Positions 27,752-37,347 of a stretch of DNA of 53,933 nt are shown here, piece by piece (position 1 is the stretch's first letter; each line of letters starts with the position of its first letter). A program made the translations under genes and the position numbers. The stretch is from positions 1 through 53,933 of the forward strand of contig JWZX01003251.1 of the NCBI GenBank assembly GCA_001275005.1. Direction: 5' to 3'. This stretch comes from Chrysochromulina tobinii. Taxonomy: Eukaryota. The notes below the pieces were generated by a model that saw only the letters and a program-made list of their open reading frames with translations, was not told where the DNA came from and searched no databases.

Positions 27752-29122
27752 ATGCAGGCCCCATCCGGTCTCTGCGCAATCGAGGAGGAGATTCGACTTG
27801 CGCACGAGCGCTTGGTGCCACTCGCAAAGGCTGTGAAGGATGCGGAGGATCGTTGGACTCAAGCCGCTGCACATGCGAACACCGCGCAAGTGGTGGCAGC
27901 CACCGCCGACAAGAAGTCTAAGAGTGTCAAGGAGACTGCGGCAGAGGAAGCCAATGCCGCCGCCAATGCGGCTGCGCAATTGCTTGAGGAAGCAAGGATT
28001 GCGGCAGAGGCCTCGATGGCGGCGTTTACTCGCGCGGTTCTCACTCTGCGCCGTGAGCACACCAAGCTGACGGCCACGATCTCGCACGAGGAGATCTCGC
28101 TGAGTACGTGCCGTCAAGTTGTCTCCGAGACCATGCACGCTGTCGAACAGGCGCTGGCCACCGAGCGCCGCTCTGGCACATGTGCGGCGGCTCTTCGCGA
28201 CGAAAAGAGCACACGCGCTGCCGAGGAGCGCGCCACCTTCCTGGCCGTGCGCGAGGCAGTGGAGGGCAAGGGTGCGACAATTATCCGAGGAGCTCAAAGT
28301 GGACTGTACGTAGTGGGTTCCACCGGCCACCCCGGCCAGTTTTGGACCGACTTCCGGCGCGCCGTGTGGCTGCAGGCGTTCGAGTCCAACCCGCCGATGC
28401 AGCAGCCACGCGCCATGAAGCTCGGTGGATCCCCCGAGCGCCCAAACATCTTGGCACCGACTGCGCGCCGACTGCCACCCGACGTGCGCCTGCATCAACT
28501 CGCAAAGTTCAAAGCGGGCAACTGCGCGTGGCTCTCTCCGCGTGGCTCTCGCTCGCCGCATGGCGGGCCGACCGAGCGTGCGGCACCGGCAGAGCCGATT
28601 GCGGGCGTTCGCCAAGGTGTGATCATCAAGCACGTTGAGCTCGGAGACCGAGATCTCCACCCGAGATGGCTGAAGGCCGACGACGAGGCCGTGTACCTGG
28701 TCGAGCAAAATTCGACGCTGACCACCACCCTGCGCAGCAAGCCGGCTTGGGTCAACGAGGCGCAGCTGCGGCCTCGCCCGCCGATGGAGAGGGTCGGAAG
28801 TTTTGGCCACGCGCCGCCATCCGCACGGCCCCGTTGGCGCAAGAACTTTGGCGCGGGAGGCGAGGACTTGAATGACGTGGCAGATCGCAAGGCGAAGCAG
28901 CAGAAAAAGGAGCTGGCCGTCGTCGACGCGAGCCTCAAACGTCAGCTGGAGGACGAGAAGACAGGTGCGCCTGCGACGCGCCGGCTTCCCCCCCGCCCCT
29001 CGTCTGCGCCCGCGTCCGTCTCCAGACCAGCTTACTTGTGGGTCTCGCCGCCACCTACGCCACCGCCGCCGCCGCACGCGTCGCCGCGGCGTGCTGGAAA
29101 GCCTTATGGACAGCCGATGTGA
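27752..29122 (+). CDS. Hypothetical protein with N-terminal coiled coil
   Basis: ORF with coding-like codon bias; first ATG at 27752; no family recognised. Confidence 0.65.
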   Translation: MQAPSGLCAIEEEIRLAHERLVPLAKAVKDAEDRWTQAAAHANTAQVVAATADKKSKSVKETAAEEANAAANAAAQLLEEARIAAEASMAAFTRAVLTLRREHTKLTATISHEEISLSTCRQVVSETMHAVEQALATERRSGTCAAALRDEKSTRAAEERATFLAVREAVEGKGATIIRGAQSGLYVVGSTGHPGQFWTDFRRAVWLQAFESNPPMQQPRAMKLGGSPERPNILAPTARRLPPDVRLHQLAKFKAGNCAWLSPRGSRSPHGGPTERAAPAEPIAGVRQGVIIKHVELGDRDLHPRWLKADDEAVYLVEQNSTLTTTLRSKPAWVNEAQLRPRPPMERVGSFGHAPPSARPRWRKNFGAGGEDLNDVADRKAKQQKKELAVVDASLKRQLEDEKTGAPATRRLPPRPSSAPASVSRPAYLWVSPPPTPPPPPHASPRRAGKPYGQPM

Positions 29123-29522
29123 ATTGTGCGTGACTTTTTCTGAAAGGTTACGACTTACGTGCCCCCCGTTTCGTCATTTATAGAGAGGCGGTCCACGCAA
29201 CGGCGTGTCATGGAGGCCGAGGTGGCAGCGCTCGCTCGCCGACTCATCACCGCACACTCCTATCTGGCTTAAAACCATTGGCGGTATCGTTGGCGGATCG
29301 CGCGCAGCCGAGCAATGCTTGAGAGATCGCCGGACCTGGAAGTGGAACCATCCAAACCGAGCCACAGTCGCGCAATGCTGCTTTGCTGCTTTGCTGCTTT
29401 GCTGGCGGCGCCCGGCGCCGCTCCGACCCGTACCGGGCCAACGTGCCCTGTCTTCGTAGCCGTCGTCAACGACAAACGAGACGCCCCTCTGGTAGGACGC
29501 CACCTCCATCGGCCTCGTGCCC

Positions 29523-30894
29523 TTACTGGTCGTCCTCCTTGTCGTAGTAGGTCATGGTTTGCGCCGCGGCGCCTCCGCCGCCCATTGCTGCTATCCTCTT
29601 GAGGGCGCCGAAGCGGGCGGTTGCCTTGGCACTCTTCGCCGCGGCGACCTCGTGGTCTGCGGCGACGACGCCGTTGGTGAGCTTCTCGGCCTTAGCCAGA
29701 TGCTCTCGCATGTTGAACAGGGTCGCGTCGGCGATGTTGCGCAACGCATCCTCGGTGAGAAACGCCTGGTGGCCCGTTACAATGACATTCGGATAATTGA
29801 CGAGCTGCTGGAAAACATCGTCCTCCAAGACCTCTCCGGTGTGGTCTGTGAAGAAGAGGGACCAGGTGTGAAGAAGAGGGACCAGTTGGCACCAGGCTTA
29901 GGGTGAGGCTCGGGGCGTAGTGTGCAAAGGCCAGGGGTCGGGTGGGGGTGTGAAGAGGTGACCACACACCATGAAAGAAGAGGCCAGACTCCTCCTCGTA
30001 CACGTCGAGCCCTAAGGCGCCGATGGTCTTGTTTTTGAGGCCCGCAATCGCCGCCTTCGTATCTAGCAGCCCGCCGCGCGACGTGTTGATGATCATCACT
30101 CCCTTCTTCATCAGAGCGATGCGCGCCTCGTTGATGCAGTGGTGCGTCTCCTTGGTCATCGGCGCATGCAGCGAGATGATGTCGCATCGTTTGCACAGCT
30201 CGTCGAGCGTGACGTACTCGACGCCCTTGTCCGCGAGCTCCTTGTTCACGCTTCGCGATTGCGCGATGACTTTGCAACCAAAGCCAAGGAAGATGTTCGC
30301 CGCGATCACACCAATATTGCCCGTGCCGATGATGCCCACCGTGCGCCCGTGCATGTCAAAGCCGGTCAGACCACGCAGGCTGAAATTGCCGTCCCGGTTC
30401 CGCAAGTATGCCTTGTGAATCTTGCGGTTCAAGGTCATGCAGAGAGCCACCGCGTGCTCTGCGACCGCGTACGGCGAGTATGCCGGCACACGAGCCACGG
30501 AGATCTTGTTGACCGCTGCCGCGGCCAGGTCCACATTGTTGAAGCCGGCGCAGCGAAGCAGGATGAGTCGGCACGACGTGTATCGGCCTAGCCAGTCGAG
30601 CACTTCCTTGGACACGCCGTCGTTTACAAACACGCACACGGCCGCACAGTCTTGAGCCAGCTTCACGGTCTGGGGGTTGAGCTCCGCTTCGATGTAGCGC
30701 ATGGCGTACGGCAGTTTGCCATCGGGTTCGGCCGCCTTTTCAGCAGCAAGCGCGGCCTCAAAAGCAGCCTCCTCGTACTCTCTCGCTGAGAAAACCGCGA
30801 TGATCGGCTGCTCCGTGGTGGAATCTCCGTGCTCCTTTGCTTTGGCCACCTCCTCGCGCAGCTTCTCGGGTGCAGATGGTTTATCTGAGTCCAT
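29523..30894 (-). CDS. ldhA: D-lactate dehydrogenase (LdhA-like D-2-hydroxyacid dehydrogenase); exons 30894-29970 and 29845-29523
   Basis: AVCVFVND, LRCAGFNNVDL, RVPAYSPYAVAEHA, GIIGTGNIG, INTSRGGL, LDVYEEE and, after the intron, PNVIVTGHQAFLT. Confidence 0.92.
29846..29969 (-). other. 124-nt phase-1 intron whose 3' end is a tandem echo of the upstream exon end
   Basis: CATG|GTGTGT...CTGGTCCCTCTTCTTCACAC CTGGTCCCTCTTCTTCACAG|AC; splicing restores FFH-D-HTGEVLEDDVF. Confidence 0.88.
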
Positions 30895-31485
30895 CAGCAC
30901 AAAAGGAGCTGGGCGCAGAGCAGTCGCGGTCGGCGGGACGAGTTTTGTAACGTCTTGTGAAGTGTTCAAAGTTAGTGAACTACTACTAACTTTGAGTCTC
31001 TTGTACAAAAGTCTCGTGCATCTCTCCGCGTGCCATCATCCCACCCACAGTATGATGAAACACAGATACACAGCTATATTTTCTTCGGAGTATAAATGTA
31101 TCAACCACCACGCCCACGCGGCACCTCGCCACAAAACAGCCCCGATCTTGCCATGGTACCCCCCCCCCCCCCCCTCCTCTTCTCCGTGCATACACCGCCG
31201 CGTTACCGCCGCGCGAGCGATGAGCTTGCGATGAGCAATACGAATCCGCGCGCTAAAATCTCCCGCCTCTCAGCCTCCTCGACCTCGTCATACGTCAACA
31301 CGGATGGCCACGTGGATCCATTTCCGATTTCGAACCTCGAGCACAACGCGAAGATTGCTGCCGAAATCTATAGTCTCACGCCGCCCTTGGAGTGTAAAGG
31401 CACAAGGGCTTTGGGCGAGTGCGGAGTGGCTGCGGAGGCTCAACTCAAAGAAGACATGAGTTCCTCCTGTTTTTGCTGTTGGGCT

Positions 31486-32676
31486 TCACGCGAAAGGGTT
31501 TTGCGACGACGCTGGGGCAGCTGGAGGCCTGGCAAAGAGATCGTCCAACAAACTTGTGCTAAGCGACGGCAGCGCTCCTGGGATCGTGGGTGCACGAGGC
31601 TCCAAGGCTGGCTGTTGCGGCGGCCGCTTTGCGAACAGATCGTCCATAGTCTTCTTGAGCTCGACGTCCACTTCTGATACAATCCGTGCGCTGTGGCCCA
31701 AGGCGCCACGTGCTTCGGTTCGGGCGAATAGGCCACCAAACGAGTCATCGAGGCTCGGCGCCGATACTCGCACGGAAGAGGCAGTACTCTGCACCTTAGC
31801 GTGGCTCGTATTTCGTGCTGGATGGTTGACGCGCGTGAGACGAAGCAGCGCGTCTAGCCGCGTCGGTGGGCGCGGCCGATGCTCCGTAACCTCAGTCGCA
31901 GCCCCCTGTGCCCCTGCTTCCGGCTTCGGCGCCCTGGGCGCCTTGGCAAGGAGCCGTCGGAGCCGTCCAATCTCCGCTCTCGCTGCCTCCAGCGTGTTCA
32001 CGTCTGACGCGTCCAGTGGGCCATGGGAAACGTCAGCCACTTCTGAGCCGGAGGCCAGAGGCGACCACGCCTGCGGAGCAGATGGCCGCTTTGCAAAAAG
32101 ATCGTCCAAAGTCTGCTTGAGCTCGACGTCCACTTCTGATACATTCCGTGCGCTGTGGCCCAAGGCGCCACGTGCTTCGGCTCGGGCGAATAGGCCACCA
32201 AACGCGTCATCGAGGCTCGGCGCCGGTGTTTCAACAATAGCATCCGACGCTGCCAATGCGGCAGCAGTGCCTTCTTCAAGCTTGGCCTTGACTGCCACCT
32301 TCTTGCTCATTCGAGTTGCCACTTCATTTGCCAGGCTGCCCACGCCTTTCCAAAAGCTGATCCCATCTGAATATGCATCTGTGGCTGCTCGTACGCCTTC
32401 CCGCTCGTTCCACAGTCGCAGATGTTCGCAATCTGGAAAGGTCAGGCGATTATCGAGGGTGCAGTTCTCCGGGTGCAGGACGCCAATCCAGCCCTCGAAG
32501 GTTGCTTCTCTTCCTATCCTCTTGATGTACCAATCGAGGTGGTCGGAAATGAGACGTCTGGCCTGTTCATTGACCAGCTCCATCTCTGCCAGAATTTCGA
32601 GGTCATCCGCTGTCATCTCTGGCTTCGTGAGCGGAGGAGGAGTGGTGGGAGAGGCAAGACCAGCCGCGATATGCAT
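31486..32676 (-). CDS. Hypothetical protein with a HL..Y...TFEGWI..LHPEN domain, an internal 47-aa duplication and a terminal NPF
   Basis: 396-aa ORF from ATG 32676, ending SSQNPFA*. Confidence 0.75.
   Translation of the reverse strand: MHIAAGLASPTTPPPLTKPEMTADDLEILAEMELVNEQARRLISDHLDWYIKRIGREATFEGWIGVLHPENCTLDNRLTFPDCEHLRLWNEREGVRAATDAYSDGISFWKGVGSLANEVATRMSKKVAVKAKLEEGTAAALAASDAIVETPAPSLDDAFGGLFARAEARGALGHSARNVSEVDVELKQTLDDLFAKRPSAPQAWSPLASGSEVADVSHGPLDASDVNTLEAARAEIGRLRRLLAKAPRAPKPEAGAQGAATEVTEHRPRPPTRLDALLRLTRVNHPARNTSHAKVQSTASSVRVSAPSLDDSFGGLFARTEARGALGHSARIVSEVDVELKKTMDDLFAKRPPQQPALEPRAPTIPGALPSLSTSLLDDLFARPPAAPASSQNPFA
31622..32225 (-). repeat. 142-bp intragenic duplication (31622-31763 and 32084-32225)
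   Basis: Both copies encode APSLDD(A/S)FGGLFAR(A/T)EARGALGHSARxVSEVDVELKxTxDDLFAKRP. Confidence 0.93.
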
Positions 32677-32878
32677 GTTACTCCAGCAGGATCACCATAA
32701 AACGAGTCCGCAAGCGTGTTCGACTTCGAAATACCCGAAGAGTCGATTCAAGACAAGTCGAGTCAAGAGTCAAGGGAACGGCCTCCCATATCAGCGAACT
32801 GCTTTAGGGTAAGGTTCGTCCCTAATTGGGTGGTTTGGGAGAGGCGAGTGCCAAATTAGGTTGTGGTTGGCCAGAGAA

Positions 32879-35800
32879 ATGCTAGGTACGACGACTGCGT
32901 GGAAGCCATTCTTGTTCGTGGCCATTATTTTTGCCAAGCCCGAAGATTCTCATGCCGCAGCTGGACCAGGAATCACGCTGGAAGTAGACCCCGACGCGCT
33001 GTGGATGAACAACATGCCGATCGCCATGGGAGGCTCCAGAGAGGACCCATTGGACAACTTACTCGCACCGGACTCGGGCTCCGGCGACGAGGAGGCTTCA
33101 AGCCCCGGCGACGAGGAGGCGCCGTCGCCACCACCGTCACCGTCGCGGCCACCGTCATTGCCACCGCCGCCGCCGCCGTCGCCGTCGCCAGCAGCGCCTC
33201 CGCAGTCTCCTCCTCTTCTCCCGCCATCCTCGCCACCACCCGCAGAGAAGAAGCCCACAGAGGCCCCATCAGAGGAGCAACCAGAGGAGATGGAGGAGGA
33301 CCCCGCGAAGGCTGCCCGAGCACAGGAGCTCAAGGAGAAGATGGACGCGCTCAAGGAGGCCAAGGTTGCGGGTGACATCACCATCGTCGAGTACGCGCAG
33401 GCGATCAGCAAGCTGCGGCACGAGCATCAGGCTGCGGAGCAGGCGGCGGCGGCGGCGCGAAAGCGCGAGGTGTTACAAGAGTACGAGACCATGATCGGCG
33501 GCACGTTCACGTCACCATCTCTGCAGGCGCCAGCAGCGGCTACAGAGAAGCCCACCCCAGCTGAGAAGCCCACAGAGGCGCCAACAGAGGAGAAACAACT
33601 GCAGGAGACCCCGGAGGAGGTAGAAGCGTCGCCACCGCCGTCGCTGCCGTCGCCGTCGCCATCACCGCCACCGCAACCGCCACCTCCTCCCCCGCCATCG
33701 CCGCCCCCCCCTGCAGAGAAGAAGCGCACGGAGGCGCCCGCTGCGATGGCGGATGAGCTCGCGACGGAAGAGGCGCCCGCCATGGCGCCCGCAGAGGAGG
33801 CGGAAGAGCTCGCGACGGAGGAGGCGCCCGCCATGGCGCCCGCTGCGGCGGTGAAGCCGCCGCTGCTGGTTGCGACGGACCATCCGCAGGTGCTTGTGCT
33901 GGTCTCTGACCACGCAAGTGGCACTACAGAGTTTGGGCGGGCGCTCCAAACACATCCGTGCGTCTTCGACCTCGAGGAGCCTTTCTCGTTTAGCTCCATG
34001 GTGTGGTCGACAACCAAGGTCCACGGATGCAATGCGTCGTCCTTTGCCGATGCGATCTTCGACGCGGACACGGGCACCATCATGAAGAAGGCAAACCCGG
34101 TGCTGTCGGCACAGATCTTGGGGCTGAGTGACACCAAGAAGCCCGGCTTTCAGCCGGTTGGTCTCACCGGTGATGACCCCTCGCTGTATGAAGGTCTAAG
34201 CTATGACTTCGCGGAATACGTCGTCCGCATCCGCGATCTCGTCTGCAAGGGCGTGCCCGCCAACGTGTGCCCCCCCTCGGACTGCACGATCACGCTCAAG
34301 TTCTTCCCGCAGTTCGTCAACGCCAATACGGCCGGCCAGCTCGTGAAGGAAAGGCCGCCGACAAAGTGCGTCAAGGACCGTAACGACAAGACGATGGTCG
34401 CATGGGTGCATGCGCTCAAGACGATGGCGGAAAACAAGAAGGTCGCGATGATGGCCATCATGCGCAACGAGAGTGACAGGCAGTTCTCCACGTTCCACCA
34501 GTTTGCCCCTGCCGGCACTCAGTTTGACTGCAGCCTGCGACGCGAGCCCACCACGTTCTCAGTCATGTCGCGAAAATACACCGACGGCCTGATCAACATC
34601 GAGGACTGCTGGACGGGGCCTGGGGGTGCGGGCAAGTGCCTTCGCGACGCCCTCGAGCTTGTCGGCCTGTCCGCCGATCCGATGGGGGACATAGGGACGA
34701 GGGTGATGGCCGGCTCGAGCCTCGATTGGGCTGCTCATGGCAACGCGGCGGCGCCCGCAACGGCGCCCGTTCTGGCGCCTGTCCCGGCTGCCTCCATTGC
34801 GGGCCCTGCACAGCTCGAATTCAATGCAATGGCGCCCGCACTGGCCGGCGCTGCCGTTGCTGCCCCCCTGCCCGCATTCATGGCCTCGTCGGAAGGCTTC
34901 AAGGGCTTTAGGAAGGGCTATCACTTCGGTCTTGGTGCGGAGGGCCTCGGATATTACATCAACAGCGCTCCGGTGACGCACATGGCCGCGCCCTTGGGAT
35001 TTCCCATGCGGCACGAGCCGTTGGGATACCCCACGCGGCACGAGCCGCAGCCTCTGCCTTTGCAGCGAGCGCATCGGGTCGTTTCCTTTACGCAGGTGGG
35101 CCAGCTCGCCATTGAGCAGATGCCGCCCAAGCTGCCGGCGTCGCTGCCTTTACCGCCCACGACAACGCGCGAAGCTTGGGCGGCATGGGCAGCGACGCCG
35201 GTGTCTCTACGCGCCCTTCCAGCCGAACACCCAGACCAGTACGAGTATGCAACAGCGAGGTCGAGCTGCGCCACCGACGCCGGCGCCATGTTCTTGTCGA
35301 AGGGGAATGGCGTCGTGGAGAAGAAAGCTGATCCCGCGCCGCCGCCCACGTCACCCGCGCCGCTGCCGCTGCTGTCGCCTTCGGCGTCCCTGCCGCCAGG
35401 CAAAGCCGGTGCCAAGAAGGCGTCGGCGGCCGAGAAGGCAGCGGCCGAGAAGGCAGCGGTCGAGAAGGCAGCGGCCGAAAAGGCGGTGGCCGAGAAGGCG
35501 GCGGCCGAGAAGGCGGCGGCTGAGAAGGCGGCGGCCGAGAAGGCGGCGGCCGAGAAGGCAGCGGCCGAGAAGGCAGCGGCCGAGAAGGCGGCGGCCGAGA
35601 AGGCGGCGGCCGAGAAGGCGGCGGCCGAGAAGGCGGCGGCCGAGAAGGCGGCGGCCGAGAAGGCGGCGGCCGAGAAGGCGGCGGCTGCGAGGGCGGAAGC
35701 TAAGCGCAAAAAGCTTGAGCAGTTAGAAGAGTACAAGACCGCGATCGGCGGCACGTTCACGTCACCATCTCTTCAGGCGCCAGCAGCGGCTACAGAGAAG

Positions 35801-36946
35801 CCCACCCCAGCTGAGAAGCCCACAGAGGTGCCAGCAGAGGAGAAAGTGCAGGAGAAACCCGAGGGGTCGGAAGAGCTCGCCAAGGAGTCAGCGGCGGAGG
35901 AGGAGCTTGCAGCGGCGGAGGAGGAGCCCGCAGCGAAGGAGGAGGAGCCTGCAGCGAAGGAGGAGCCTGCTAAGGCTGCCCGAGCAAAGGAGTCGAAAGA
36001 GAAGATGGACGCTGAGATGGCCGCTCTCAAGGCGGCCAAGGATGCGGGTGACATCACCGTCGTGGAGTACGCGGAAGCGATCGCCAAGCTGAAGGAGAAG
36101 ACGGCGGCGGCGGAGAAGACGGCGGCGGCGGAGAAGGCGGCGGTTGAGCAGGCAGCTGCCCAAAAAGCTGAGGAGAAGGCGAAGGCGGAAGAGGAGAAAG
36201 CGAAAGCGGAGGCGGAGGCGGAGGCGGAGGCAAAGGAGGAGAAGGAGACGGCCGAGCGAGAGATTCGGATCGCGGCCGAGAAGGCGGAGGCCGAGAAGGC
36301 GGCGGCCGAAAAGGCGGCGGTCTCGTCGGAAGAGCCTGTCAAGGAGCCAGCGGAGCCGAAGGCGGAGGAGCCCGCAGCGAAGGAGGACGAGCCCGCAGCG
36401 AAGGAGGAAAAGCCCGCAGCGAAGGAGGAGCCCGCAAAGGCTGCCCAAGCCAAGGAGTCGAAAGAGAAGATGGACGCTGAGATGGCCGCTCTCAAGGCGG
36501 CCAAGGATGCGGGTGACATCACCGTCGTGGAGTACGCGGAAGCGATCGCCAAGCTGCGGCAGGAGCAGCAGGTTGCCGAGCAGGCGGCGGCGGCGGCGGC
36601 ATCCGGCGGACAAGACCCGCCGGACCGCAAACGTAAACCAGCGGAGGCAGATGGGAAGTACTCATCACAAGGAGAAGAGGAGAGGGAGGAACCCTTAGGG
36701 GAACCCGCCGCCTTGCAACCGGCGGTCATCACTTCACAGGTGCAGCTCGAGCGGAGGATTGACGATCTCGAGCACGAGATCGCGGCGGCGCTTAGGGTCG
36801 ACGAGCTCGAGCACAATAGTGAGGAGGCGCAGCTGCTCATGGCAGGTCGCGCAGAGGTGGCGAAGAAGGAGGCCTTGTTCGCATCGCAGCTGCCTTGGTC
36901 AAAGAATGCTCGAAAGAGAAAGGCAAGGAGGAAGGCACTACGGTAA
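32879..36946 (+). CDS. Secreted repetitive protein with a sulfotransferase-like P-loop domain, three SHOCT-like motifs and AEKAA repeats
   Basis: Signal peptide ([12 protein letters not shown]); [32 protein letters not shown]; ALKxAKxAGDITxVEYAxAIxKL x3. Confidence 0.75.
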   Translation: MLGTTTAWKPFLFVAIIFAKPEDSHAAAGPGITLEVDPDALWMNNMPIAMGGSREDPLDNLLAPDSGSGDEEASSPGDEEAPSPPPSPSRPPSLPPPPPPSPSPAAPPQSPPLLPPSSPPPAEKKPTEAPSEEQPEEMEEDPAKAARAQELKEKMDALKEAKVAGDITIVEYAQAISKLRHEHQAAEQAAAAARKREVLQEYETMIGGTFTSPSLQAPAAATEKPTPAEKPTEAPTEEKQLQETPEEVEASPPPSLPSPSPSPPPQPPPPPPPSPPPPAEKKRTEAPAAMADELATEEAPAMAPAEEAEELATEEAPAMAPAAAVKPPLLVATDHPQVLVLVSDHASGTTEFGRALQTHPCVFDLEEPFSFSSMVWSTTKVHGCNASSFADAIFDADTGTIMKKANPVLSAQILGLSDTKKPGFQPVGLTGDDPSLYEGLSYDFAEYVVRIRDLVCKGVPANVCPPSDCTITLKFFPQFVNANTAGQLVKERPPTKCVKDRNDKTMVAWVHALKTMAENKKVAMMAIMRNESDRQFSTFHQFAPAGTQFDCSLRREPTTFSVMSRKYTDGLINIEDCWTGPGGAGKCLRDALELVGLSADPMGDIGTRVMAGSSLDWAAHGNAAAPATAPVLAPVPAASIAGPAQLEFNAMAPALAGAAVAAPLPAFMASSEGFKGFRKGYHFGLGAEGLGYYINSAPVTHMAAPLGFPMRHEPLGYPTRHEPQPLPLQRAHRVVSFTQVGQLAIEQMPPKLPASLPLPPTTTREAWAAWAATPVSLRALPAEHPDQYEYATARSSCATDAGAMFLSKGNGVVEKKADPAPPPTSPAPLPLLSPSASLPPGKAGAKKASAAEKAAAEKAAVEKAAAEKAVAEKAAAEKAAAEKAAAEKAAAEKAAAEKAAAEKAAAEKAAAEKAAAEKAAAEKAAAEKAAAEKAAAARAEAKRKKLEQLEEYKTAIGGTFTSPSLQAPAAATEKPTPAEKPTEVPAEEKVQEKPEGSEELAKESAAEEELAAAEEEPAAKEEEPAAKEEPAKAARAKESKEKMDAEMAALKAAKDAGDITVVEYAEAIAKLKEKTAAAEKTAAAEKAAVEQAAAQKAEEKAKAEEEKAKAEAEAEAEAKEEKETAEREIRIAAEKAEAEKAAAEKAAVSSEEPVKEPAEPKAEEPAAKEDEPAAKEEKPAAKEEPAKAAQAKESKEKMDAEMAALKAAKDAGDITVVEYAEAIAKLRQEQQVAEQAAAAAASGGQDPPDRKRKPAEADGKYSSQGEEEREEPLGEPAALQPAVITSQVQLERRIDDLEHEIAAALRVDELEHNSEEAQLLMAGRAEVAKKEALFASQLPWSKNARKRKARRKALR
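35424..35685 (+). repeat. 15-bp coding tandem repeat (AEKAA, about 17 copies)
   Basis: GCGGCCGAGAAGGCG units. Confidence 0.95.
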
Positions 36947-37347
36947 TAAGGTTCGCGCGGCGGCAAAGAAGGGGGGGAGCGCTACCTTAACTACCTACGC
37001 GCTCGGTAAGGGAATGCACTCTAAATAGTATGCATGTCGTCGCACGCTGTGTTCGATCGGTCCGCGTCGTCCGCATGTACGGATTAGCATGACTGGGGAG
37101 ATTCTCGAACGCGAACGGTTGGTGTTTGCTCGTTCAGTTACAAATATCACTCTCGAACGGTGTAGCTCTGTTGAACAGCAATTCAAGTCAACCACGCGCT
37201 CGAGCACAAAAGAGATAGATTAAACTCATCATCATCAGAAGTTCACATGACATCGCGCCCACAGAGCTTGCTTGTGCACAAGACCTCTCGCGGCGGCGTA
37301 GATCTTCCTTCGCGCGACCACGTCGGTGTCGAGTCTGGTCAAGCGCA

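Noticed and set aside
32821..32860. Imperfect inverted repeat CCTAATTGG / CCAAATTAGG upstream of a CDS
   Set aside because: Too short and imperfect to assign a function.
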